From NCBI GenBank assembly GCA_016281775.1, contig JAEEJH010000091.1:1-54878 (forward strand): DNA of 54,878 nt, read 5' to 3'. Numbering within the stretch: position 1 is the stretch's first letter; each line of letters starts with the position of its first letter. Below are positions 9,022-17,355 of this stretch, one piece after another. Origin of the DNA: Clostridiales bacterium (GTDB lineage Bacteria; Bacillota; Clostridia; Oscillospirales; CAG-272). The notes below the pieces were generated by a model. It did not search any database and had not been told where the DNA came from. It saw nothing but the letters and a program-made list of their open reading frames with translations. Both the position numbers and the translations under genes were made by a program.

Positions 9022-9951
9022 TTAACCTTTGATACCGCTTCTCGATACGCCGCGCATTATGTACTTGCGCAGGAACACGAAGACGAGGAACAGCGGGATC
9101 GATACTATGAATACCGCCGCCATCTGCGCCGGGAAGTTCGTGTCGCCCGCTTCGGTAACGAAGCTGGCGCCGCGCAGACCGTTCGTAATCAGCTTGTGCG
9201 CGTCGTCGTTTGCAACGAGGCGGGGCCAGATATACGCGTTCCAAGAACCCATCATCTTGAGTATCGTTATGGTGATTATGGTCGAGACTGAAAGCGGAAG
9301 CATTACCTTCCACAGATATTTGAAGTCGCTCGTACCGTCGACCTTCGCGGCGAGGTACAGTTCGTTCGGTATCTGCATAAACGTCTGACGCAAGAGGTAA
9401 ATGTAATAGACCGATACGAGCATCGGCACGATAAGTACCGCGAACGTATTCGTTATATCAAGCCAGCTTATCGACTCTTCAAGAAACGGCAGTCTGCCCG
9501 ATACGGTGAGGTAGTTCGTTATCGTGTAAAGCTCGCCCGGTACCATCATAGTTGCCATGAGAGCGCCGAACACTATGCCCTTGCCTTTGAAATTGAGTCT
9601 GGCGAACGCAAACGCCGAAAGCACCGTTACGACGAGCGAAAGCACCGTTGAAACCGCGCCGACGTAGAGCGTGTGCAAAAACAGATCGAGCAGTTTGGCT
9701 TTTTCAAACGCCATGACGAAATTTTCGAAAACTATCTTTTTAGGCCAGAGCGTAGGTACGTTCAGCCTGTATTCCTCCATCGTTTTAAGCGACGAAATGA
9801 TCATCCAGTAAAACGGGAATATCATCATGACCGCCATGAGCGTGAGGAATATGTATATGACCGTCAGTCTTATGATATTTGCGGTCTTCTGATTGCGCAT
9901 CGAGGCGGCTACGTCGATGTCTTTTATGACAAATTCTTTTCTATCAGCCAT
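9022..9951 (-). CDS. ABC transporter permease (MalG/UgpE-like)
   Basis: Start at 9951 (GAGGTG RBS); PFYWMIISSLK, AFAFARLNFKG, EAA-like loop ELYLAAKVDG, WNAYIWP. Confidence 0.92.
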   Translation of the reverse strand: MADRKEFVIKDIDVAASMRNQKTANIIRLTVIYIFLTLMAVMMIFPFYWMIISSLKTMEEYRLNVPTLWPKKIVFENFVMAFEKAKLLDLFLHTLYVGAVSTVLSLVVTVLSAFAFARLNFKGKGIVFGALMATMMVPGELYTITNYLTVSGRLPFLEESISWLDITNTFAVLIVPMLVSVYYIYLLRQTFMQIPNELYLAAKVDGTSDFKYLWKVMLPLSVSTIITITILKMMGSWNAYIWPRLVANDDAHKLITNGLRGASFVTEAGDTNFPAQMAAVFIVSIPLFLVFVFLRKYIMRGVSRSGIKG

Positions 9952-9959
9952 GACGCACC

Positions 9960-10889
9960 TCAATAATGCACTTTCTTACTGCTCACGTAACCGTTTATCG
10001 CCGTTACGACGAGGATTATCGCGAACAGTATCAGAGACGCCGCCGAGGCGTTGCCGAGATTGCTCTTCGGCAGCATGTTGTAAACGTAACCGACTATCGT
10101 GTTCATCTGCCCGGAAGAACCGGCGGGGCCCATCGTTTCGCCGAATATACCTACGATACTCGAATACTCTTTGAAGCCGCCGATGAACGAGGTGATTATG
10201 ACGTAGGCGAGCATCGGGGAGACGAGCGGCACGGTTATGCGGAAGAACGTGCGCGCTTTTGAGGTCGCGTCGATCTTCGCGGCTTCGTAATACTGCTTGT
10301 TCACGTTCTGCAGACCGCCCATGAGAACGAGTATCTTGAACGGCAGGGCGTGCCAGATTATGTAGGTACAGACGACGAACATATTAGCGCCCCAGGTCGA
10401 GCCGTTGTTGACGAAGTTCACCGGCGATATGCCGAATATTCCGATTATATTGTTGATTATACCCTGCGTTTCGATCAGGTCGCCGACGCCGACGCGCGTG
10501 AACATCGCGTTGAAGACCATGCCTATCGCTATGGAGTTGGTGACGTACGGCAGGAAGAACACCGTCTGATATACTTTCTGCAAAGGTTTTATCGAATTGA
10601 GCGCGACGGCTATAAGCAGCGCGAGCGCCGTGGATATCGGGACCGTTATCACGCAAAGGAGCACAGTATTTTTGAGGTACTGTTTGAAGTCGACGTTGCC
10701 AATGACCGTTTTGAAGTTCTCTATACCGAACTCGAACGTCTCGCCGCCGACTATCGCCAGACCGTTGTAACCGTTGAGAAACGCCATGCGGAACGTGTTT
10801 ATGAGCGGATAAAACGAGAATATCAGCAGAAGCACGAGCGCCGGCGAGAGGTACAGCCAGGCTTTATAGTTGTTCTTTTTGTCCGTCAT
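9960..10889 (-). CDS. ABC transporter permease (MalF/UgpA-like)
   Basis: YLSPAL, FFLPYVT, EAA motif YYEAAKIDA...FFRITVPL. Confidence 0.92.
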   Translation of the reverse strand: MTDKKNNYKAWLYLSPALVLLLIFSFYPLINTFRMAFLNGYNGLAIVGGETFEFGIENFKTVIGNVDFKQYLKNTVLLCVITVPISTALALLIAVALNSIKPLQKVYQTVFFLPYVTNSIAIGMVFNAMFTRVGVGDLIETQGIINNIIGIFGISPVNFVNNGSTWGANMFVVCTYIIWHALPFKILVLMGGLQNVNKQYYEAAKIDATSKARTFFRITVPLVSPMLAYVIITSFIGGFKEYSSIVGIFGETMGPAGSSGQMNTIVGYVYNMLPKSNLGNASAASLILFAIILVVTAINGYVSSKKVHY

Positions 10890-10893
10890 AACG

Positions 10894-11997
10894 TTACCCC
10901 TCTACGTTTATGCGCAGCTCGGTCTCGGCTTCGAAGACGAACACCTTGTTTTTCTTAATATTGAAGCGTACTCTGCCGGTCGCGTCGTGCTTGATGTCGA
11001 TACCGGAATCGACTATCGCGCGTACTGTCTCTTTCTGACATTTTTCATTCTCGAGTATGACCGAGCAGTCGCGGCCCATGACTTCTATGTTGCGCAGGAT
11101 GCCGGAGAACGCTCCGTCCTCGCACGGTATGAAGCCTTCTGGTCTGATAGCGACGTGAACGGGCCTGTCCTGCTGCCCGGGCAACGCCATTATCTCCTCG
11201 TCGCCGATCTTGAGCATGCCGTCTTCGATCTTGCCGTCGAAGACGTTTATAGGCGGCGTGCCGAGGAATTTTGCGACGAAGAGGTTGCACGGATCGTCGT
11301 AAACGTTCTGCGGCTTGCCGATCTGCTGAACGACGCCTTCCTTCATAACGACGATGATGTCGGAGATGCTCATCGCCTCTTCCTGGTCGTGGGTGACGAA
11401 TACGGTGGTTACGCCGGTCTCGCGCTGGATGCGGCGTATCTCTTCACGCGTCTGCAGGCGCAGACGTGCGTCGAGGTTCGAAAGCGGTTCGTCGAGCAGA
11501 AGCACTCTCGGCTCTTTCACGAGCGCGCGCGCTATCGCGACGCGCTGCTGCTGACCGCCGGAGAGTTCGCTCGGTTTTCTGTCCATCAGCTCGTCGATCT
11601 GTACGAGCTTAGCCGCGGCGACCGCTTTTTCAAGCATCTCCTGTTTAGACATTTTCTGCTCGCCCTTCAGGTTCTGCAGCGGGAACAGGATGTTCTGTTT
11701 GACCGTCAGATGAGGGTACAGAGCGTAGTTCTGGAAAACAAGTCCGACGCCGCGATGCTCCGGCTCAAGATGCGTGACTTCTTTTTCCCCGAAAAAGATC
11801 TTGCCTTTTGTAGGCTTCTGCAGACCGCAGATCATATAAAGGGTCGTGCTTTTGCCGCAGCCCGAAGGCCCGAGCAGACCGACGAGCTTGCCGTCGGGTA
11901 TCTCGAAATTGAGTCCGTCGACCGCTATGACCTCTTCTTTGATCTTCTTGTTTCTGTTCGGGAACGCCTTCGTCACGTTTTGAAGTACAATTTTCAT
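10894..11997 (-). CDS. ABC transporter ATP-binding protein (MalK/UgpC-like)
   Basis: Walker A GPSGCGKS, VFQNYALYPH, LSGGQQQR, LLLDEP, VTHDQEEA. Confidence 0.95.
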   Translation of the reverse strand: MKIVLQNVTKAFPNRNKKIKEEVIAVDGLNFEIPDGKLVGLLGPSGCGKSTTLYMICGLQKPTKGKIFFGEKEVTHLEPEHRGVGLVFQNYALYPHLTVKQNILFPLQNLKGEQKMSKQEMLEKAVAAAKLVQIDELMDRKPSELSGGQQQRVAIARALVKEPRVLLLDEPLSNLDARLRLQTREEIRRIQRETGVTTVFVTHDQEEAMSISDIIVVMKEGVVQQIGKPQNVYDDPCNLFVAKFLGTPPINVFDGKIEDGMLKIGDEEIMALPGQQDRPVHVAIRPEGFIPCEDGAFSGILRNIEVMGRDCSVILENEKCQKETVRAIVDSGIDIKHDATGRVRFNIKKNKVFVFEAETELRINVEG

Positions 11998-12020
11998 AAC
12001 GTCTCCTGTATATTTGAAAT

Positions 12021-12779
12021 TTAATAGGTTTCTTCTTCTCTTTTCAGCTGCTTCTGCTTTTCGATATACGCGTCACGCTCTTCGGCCGTATCGAATATCA
12101 TCTGGCTGCCCCAGTCGACGGCGACCGTATCGGCTATAACGTCGTGCAGGAATCTGCCCGGACCGAGTTTCACGAGGGAGAACACCTCGCCCGCGGCGAA
12201 AACCGCTATCAGCACCCAGCCGAACAGCCCGGTAGCGCCCGTTATGACGGAGAGAAACGTCAGTATCGGCAGAATGAATTCCATAACTCCTTTGCCGATG
12301 ACGTTGCGCACGAAGATTATCGGGGCCGACGCCCGCGTGAAGCCGGTGCGCATCACGCCGAGACCGAACAGCCGCTTGCCGAGCGATCTGCCGTCTTTCA
12401 ATATCACCGGTATGATAAACTCAAGAAGCAGAGTCGATCCGAAAACGCCGCCGGAGAGTATGACGAACGTCAGTATCAGATACGTTCTCATCGCCTCGTT
12501 CGCTTCTTCGTCGGCGTTCATGGCGTCGACGGCTTCTTTATAATGAGTTTTTTCTTCGTCGGTCATTTTGGAATACGCTTCTTCGTCGGTCGAGTAATCG
12601 ACGCCGTACCGCTCTTCGTATTCGGCACGGACAGCGTTATATCTGTTCAGATATCCGTCGGTATCCAGAACGCTTGCAAACAAAAGATACAGACCGACCG
12701 TCAGCATTGCGGCGACGACGAAATCGGCAAGGAAAGCGAACATCCTTTTCGCGTACGGGGCTTTCTGCAGATCGATCAT
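12021..12779 (-). CDS. RDD family membrane protein
   Basis: Start at 12779 (GGAGG RBS); KRMFAFLADF, GRSLGKRLFGL.V, R.LHDVIADT.V motifs. Confidence 0.85.
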   Translation of the reverse strand: MIDLQKAPYAKRMFAFLADFVVAAMLTVGLYLLFASVLDTDGYLNRYNAVRAEYEERYGVDYSTDEEAYSKMTDEEKTHYKEAVDAMNADEEANEAMRTYLILTFVILSGGVFGSTLLLEFIIPVILKDGRSLGKRLFGLGVMRTGFTRASAPIIFVRNVIGKGVMEFILPILTFLSVITGATGLFGWVLIAVFAAGEVFSLVKLGPGRFLHDVIADTVAVDWGSQMIFDTAEERDAYIEKQKQLKREEETY

Positions 12780-12792
12780 TTCAGCCCTCCGC

Positions 12793-12866
12793 GCGGTCTT
12801 CGGCAAAAAGATAAAAAGACGGTCTTTCAATATTGAGCCTTTATCCGTCATACCGAAGATCACCGC
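12793..12866 (-). promoter_or_regulatory. Structured 5' leader of the RDD/ABC/nuclease operon
   Basis: In the mRNA, gcggu(gau)cuucggua pairs with ugccgaagaccgc; inner gacgg/ccguc stem is followed by U-runs; structure ends just before the RBS. Confidence 0.45.
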
Positions 12867-12895
12867 CTTTTCGCACGTGTATTATATTTACTGTA

Positions 12896-12924
12896 ATGAT
12901 AACATACTCTCAAAATCATGTCAA
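12896..12924 (-). promoter_or_regulatory. Sigma-A promoter for the RDD/ABC/nuclease operon
   Basis: TTGACA-17 nt-TATCAT with extended TG. Confidence 0.65.
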
Positions 12925-13006
12925 TACTTTTTTTGTGAATTCGTCAAAATTCTCGAAACTTCGTCAATATTATTTTCCGTATTTCCCGTTTTTTTTCGCC
13001 GCGCTA

Positions 13007-13035
13007 TTGCATACGGCGAAAAAATATGATAGAAT
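13007..13035 (+). promoter_or_regulatory. Sigma-A promoter for the deo operon
   Basis: TTGCAT-17 nt-TAGAAT with extended TG. Confidence 0.6.
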
Positions 13036-13059
13036 AAGAAAAAAACAGGAGATTTGAAT

Positions 13060-13728
13060 ATGCAGATCAAGGATATTTTATCAAAAGTCGATCATACCCT
13101 TCTCGCGCAGAACGCGACGTGGGAGCAGATCAGGCAGATATGCGACGACGGAATGAAATACGGTACGGCCTCGGTTTGTATCCCGGCTTCTTACGTCAAA
13201 GCCGCTAAGGATTACGTCGGCGATAAACTCGCCGTATGCACTGTCATAGGATTTCCGAACGGCTATTCGACCACGGCGGTCAAGGTCTTTGAGACCGCCG
13301 ACGCGCTTCAGAACGGCGCCGACGAGATCGATATGGTCATCAACGTCGGCTGGCTGAAAGACAAAAAATACGACGCGCTGCTCGGTGAGATAAGAGCGAT
13401 AAAAGCCGTATGCGGCGATAAGATCCTCAAAGTCATAATAGAGACGTGCCTGCTCACAGACGAAGAAAAAATTAAAATGTGCGAGATCGTCTCCGAATCG
13501 GGCGCGGATTACATCAAGACCTCGACCGGCTTTTCAAAAGGCGGAGCGACTAAAGAAGACGTCGCGCTCTTCGCCGCTCACGTTGCTCCTCATCTGAAGA
13601 TCAAAGCCGCCGGCGGAATCTCGTCGCTGCAGGACGCGGAAGATTTCATTAATCTCGGCGCTATGCGTCTCGGCACGAGCAGAATAGTCAAAATAGTCAA
13701 AAATATGCCCGAAGACTCGGGTTATTGA
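13060..13728 (+). CDS. deoC: Deoxyribose-phosphate aldolase
   Basis: [44 protein letters not shown]; AGGAG RBS before ATG 13060. Confidence 0.97.
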   Translation: MQIKDILSKVDHTLLAQNATWEQIRQICDDGMKYGTASVCIPASYVKAAKDYVGDKLAVCTVIGFPNGYSTTAVKVFETADALQNGADEIDMVINVGWLKDKKYDALLGEIRAIKAVCGDKILKVIIETCLLTDEEKIKMCEIVSESGADYIKTSTGFSKGGATKEDVALFAAHVAPHLKIKAAGGISSLQDAEDFINLGAMRLGTSRIVKIVKNMPEDSGY

Positions 13729-13740
13729 TAGGAGAAAAAT

Positions 13741-14472
13741 ATGAATTATCCGACTCCTCACATAAACGCGGCCCCTGAGGATTTCGCCGATACCGTGCTT
13801 ATGCCGGGCGATCCTCTGCGCTCGAAATTCATAGCGGAAAATTTCCTGACCGGCGCGAAGCTCGTCAACAACGTAAGAGGCATACAGGGTTATACAGGTA
13901 AATATAACGGCGTGCCGGTATCGGTCATGGCGAGCGGTATGGGTATGCCTTCGATAGGTATTTATTCTTACGAGCTGTTCAATTTCTTCGGCGTGTCGAA
14001 CGTCATAAGAGTCGGCTCCGCCGGAGCGATGACGGCCGACGTGAAGGTGCGCGAGATAGTAATGGCCGAAGGCGCCTGCACCGATTCGAATTACGCGGCG
14101 CAGTTCCGTCTGCCGGGCGCGTACGCTCCGATCGCCGATTTCGGTCTGCTCTCCAAAGCGGTAAAATTCGCCGACGAAATGAAGCTTTCTTACCACGTCG
14201 GCAACGTTCTGTCGTCCGACCGCTTTTACGGCGACGACGGCGATCTGCCGGAAAATATGAGATCGGCGGCGCTGTGGAGAAAAATGGGCGTTTTAGCGGT
14301 CGAGATGGAGAGCGCGGCGCTTTATATGAACGCGGCGCGCGCCGGCAAGCACGCTCTCGGCGTTTTCACGATATCCGACAGCCTCGTCACGGGCGAATCG
14401 ACGAGCGCCGAAGAACGCCAGAACACCTTCACCGATATGATGGAGCTCGCGCTCCGCGTTGCAACGACGTGA
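13741..14472 (+). CDS. deoD: Purine nucleoside phosphorylase (DeoD type)
   Basis: PTPHINA, MPGDPLR, GMGMPS, IRVGSAG, VEMES. Confidence 0.97.
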   Translation: MNYPTPHINAAPEDFADTVLMPGDPLRSKFIAENFLTGAKLVNNVRGIQGYTGKYNGVPVSVMASGMGMPSIGIYSYELFNFFGVSNVIRVGSAGAMTADVKVREIVMAEGACTDSNYAAQFRLPGAYAPIADFGLLSKAVKFADEMKLSYHVGNVLSSDRFYGDDGDLPENMRSAALWRKMGVLAVEMESAALYMNAARAGKHALGVFTISDSLVTGESTSAEERQNTFTDMMELALRVATT

Positions 14473-16040
14473 TGAAGCGCGTATTTCTGATAGTTCTCGA
14501 CAGTTTCGGCATAGGCGCGGAGCCGGATGCCGACAGATTCGGCGACGTCGGGACAAATACCCTCCGCTCGATATCACGTTCGGATCATTTCAGGATCGAT
14601 AACTTAAAAAAAGCGGGGCTATGCGATATTGAAGGCGTCGATTTTCTGTCCGGCTTTGCCGGTCATTACGGCGCGGTCGGCAGACTGCGCGAAGCGTCGG
14701 CGGGCAAAGACACGACGATCGGGCACTGGGAAATAGCGGGACTTATCTCGCCTTCACCGATGCCGACGTATCCGCACGGTTTTCCCGACGACGTGATCGC
14801 GGCGTTTTCGGCATCCGTCGGCCGCGGAGTGCTCTGCAACCTGCCGTATTCGGGCACAAAGGTCATTGAAGAATACGGCGAAGAGCACATGAAGACGGGC
14901 AAGCTGATCGTCTACACGAGCGCGGACAGCGTATTTCAGATCGCGGCGCATGAAGATATCGTCCCCGTTGAAGAGCTTTATGATATTTGCCGCAAAGCGA
15001 GAAGCATACTTAAAGGCAGACACGCCGTCGGCAGAGTTATCGCGAGACCTTTCAAAGGCGGACCGGGCGGGTTTTACCGTACGGAGAACCGCCGCGATTT
15101 TTCGCTCGAACCGACCGGTACGACGCTTCTCGACGAGTTGAAAAAAGCCGGGCGCGACGTGATCTCGGTCGGCAAGATACGCGATATCTTCGCCTCGCGC
15201 GGCGTGACCGAAGCGGTCGTCACTCACAACAATACAGAGGGAATGGCGGCGGCGCTCGAATTGCAGAAACGCGATTTCAACGGTCTGTGCTTTGTGAACC
15301 TCGTGGATTTCGATATGCTATACGGACACCGCAACGACGCAGACGGCTATGCGAAAGCCATAGCCGCATTCGATGAATGGCTGCCCGGTTTCGTATCCGG
15401 CATGAGAGAAGGCGACGCGCTCATAATCACCGCCGATCACGGCTGCGATCCCGGCGATATAAGCACCGATCACACGAGAGAGTACGTTCCCATGATAGCC
15501 GTCGGCAAGAGTATAAAACCCGTTAATTTGGGCACGAGAAGCACTTTTGCAGACGTTGGAGCGACCGTCGGCGAAATGCTCGGAGTTAAATGCGATATAA
15601 GCGGAAAGAGCTTTTATATGGAAATAACAAGCGAAAATAAAGTATACGCCGATCTTATGAACAGAGCCGAAGCGGCGAGAAACAATTCCTATTCTCCCTA
15701 TTCCGGCTTCTCGGTCGGGGCGGCTCTGCTCTGCTCCGACGGCAAGATTTACGAAGGCTGCAACATCGAAAACGCGTCGTTTTCGCCCACGATCTGCGCC
15801 GAGCGGACCGCGATATTCAAGGCGGTCTCGGAAGGCGAACGTGAATTCGAGGCGATAGCGATATCCGGCGGCAGACACGGCGAGATATCCGACACGTGTT
15901 CGCCGTGCGGAGTATGCAGACAGGTGATGACCGAATTCTGCGGCGCCGGTTTCAAGATCGTTTTAAGAACGGAAAACGGGATAAAAATACTCACGCTCAA
16001 AGAACTTATGCCGCTCTCGTTTACGAAAGGAGAACTCTGA
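14472..16040 (+). CDS. deoB: Phosphopentomutase-cytidine deaminase fusion (DeoB::Cdd)
   Basis: TGATG-coupled start MKRVFLIVLDSFGIG; DeoB motifs GKDTTIGHWE, YTSADS, DFDMLYGHRND, TADHG; reads in-frame into Cdd motifs YSPYS.F.VGAAL, NIENAS, CAER, PCGVCRQ. Confidence 0.92.
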   Translation: MKRVFLIVLDSFGIGAEPDADRFGDVGTNTLRSISRSDHFRIDNLKKAGLCDIEGVDFLSGFAGHYGAVGRLREASAGKDTTIGHWEIAGLISPSPMPTYPHGFPDDVIAAFSASVGRGVLCNLPYSGTKVIEEYGEEHMKTGKLIVYTSADSVFQIAAHEDIVPVEELYDICRKARSILKGRHAVGRVIARPFKGGPGGFYRTENRRDFSLEPTGTTLLDELKKAGRDVISVGKIRDIFASRGVTEAVVTHNNTEGMAAALELQKRDFNGLCFVNLVDFDMLYGHRNDADGYAKAIAAFDEWLPGFVSGMREGDALIITADHGCDPGDISTDHTREYVPMIAVGKSIKPVNLGTRSTFADVGATVGEMLGVKCDISGKSFYMEITSENKVYADLMNRAEAARNNSYSPYSGFSVGAALLCSDGKIYEGCNIENASFSPTICAERTAIFKAVSEGEREFEAIAISGGRHGEISDTCSPCGVCRQVMTEFCGAGFKIVLRTENGIKILTLKELMPLSFTKGEL

Positions 16041-16041
16041 A

Positions 16042-17343
16042 ATGCGGATGTACGATATCATACAGAAAAAACGCGAAGGACTTGAGCTTTCGGTCGACGA
16101 GATAAAGTTTTTCGTTTCGGGATATACGAAAGGCGAGATACCCGACTATCAGGCGTCCGCTCTCTGTATGGCGATATGCTTCAACGGCATGACCGACGCC
16201 GAGACCGCCGCGCTCACCGAGGCGATGATGAGATCGGGCGACGTTATCGATCTTTCGCGTTTCGGAAATCTGTCGGCAGACAAGCACAGCACCGGCGGAG
16301 TGGGAGACAAAACTTCTCTGATCGTCGCGCCGACGGCGGCGGCGCTCGGAGTGAAAATGGCTAAAATGTCGGGCAGAGGTCTCGGGCACACCGGCGGCAC
16401 CGTCGACAAGCTCGAATCGATACCGGGGTTCAAAACGACGTTGTCGGGCGAAGAATTCATGGATACTGCCGATAAAGTCGGCATATGTCTTGTCGGGCAG
16501 AGCGCGCATCTTGCGCCCGCCGACAAAAAACTTTACGCGCTGCGCGACGTTACCGCGACGGTTGACAGCATACCGCTGATCGCCTCGTCCATAATGAGCA
16601 AAAAGCTCGCCGCGGGCGCGCATTCGATAGTGCTTGACGTCAAATGCGGCAGCGGCGCGTTCATGAAGACGGAAAAGGACGCGAAAAAGCTCGCCGAGAC
16701 GATGATCGCGGCCGGCAAGGCGCACGGCAGAAACGTACGCGCTCTGATAACGAATATGGATATACCGCTCGGTACGGCGGTCGGCAACGCGCTCGAGGTC
16801 GCCGAGGCGGTAAGCGTGCTCAAAGGCGAAAAACGCGGCGATATTTACGATATCTGCGTCGAGCTCGCTTCAAACATAGTTTCGATGGTAAAAGAGATAA
16901 CGACCGGCGAAGCCCGCGCGCTCGTCAAAGACTGCGTCGGCTCTGGCAGAGCTTTTGAAAAAATGAAAGAGTGGATAGGCGCGCAGGGCGGCGACGTATC
17001 GTATATCGAAGACACGTCGAAGCTGTTCGGCAGGTATTGCAAACGCGAGATCAAAGCCGCGCAAAGCGGATATATCAGCGCGATGAATACGGAACAGATC
17101 GGCATCACCGCTTCTCTGCTCGGCGCCGGACGCATCAGGAAAGAAGATACGATAGATATGTCCGCCGGGCTTGAAGTGTTCAAAAAGACCGGCGACAGAG
17201 TCGGCGCCGGCGACGTGATAGCCGTTATGTACTCTTCGGACGCGTCAAGATTCGATAACGCGGAAAAAACTTATTTATCCGCGCTCACATTTTCCGATCT
17301 GCCCGTCGAAAAACCCGGGCTGATATTCGGTGTGATCTCGTAA
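16042..17343 (+). CDS. pdp: Pyrimidine-nucleoside phosphorylase
   Basis: DKHSTGGVGDK, SGRGLGHTGGT, SIMSKKLA, LDVKCGSGAFM. Confidence 0.96.
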   Translation: MRMYDIIQKKREGLELSVDEIKFFVSGYTKGEIPDYQASALCMAICFNGMTDAETAALTEAMMRSGDVIDLSRFGNLSADKHSTGGVGDKTSLIVAPTAAALGVKMAKMSGRGLGHTGGTVDKLESIPGFKTTLSGEEFMDTADKVGICLVGQSAHLAPADKKLYALRDVTATVDSIPLIASSIMSKKLAAGAHSIVLDVKCGSGAFMKTEKDAKKLAETMIAAGKAHGRNVRALITNMDIPLGTAVGNALEVAEAVSVLKGEKRGDIYDICVELASNIVSMVKEITTGEARALVKDCVGSGRAFEKMKEWIGAQGGDVSYIEDTSKLFGRYCKREIKAAQSGYISAMNTEQIGITASLLGAGRIRKEDTIDMSAGLEVFKKTGDRVGAGDVIAVMYSSDASRFDNAEKTYLSALTFSDLPVEKPGLIFGVIS

Positions 17344-17355
17344 AAGGAGGCTGAT

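Noticed and set aside
12793-12866. Calling the leader a purine or 2'-dG riboswitch
   Set aside because: Core purine-riboswitch junction motifs (UAUAA, UGG, UUUCUAC, CCGUAAA) are not present; kept only as an unclassified candidate
1-17343. Recent horizontal acquisition of the nucleic-acid locus as an island
   Set aside because: No integrase, tRNA or flanking direct repeat is visible, and codon style looks like the housekeeping genes; the left boundary is outside the window, so ancient transfer cannot be excluded
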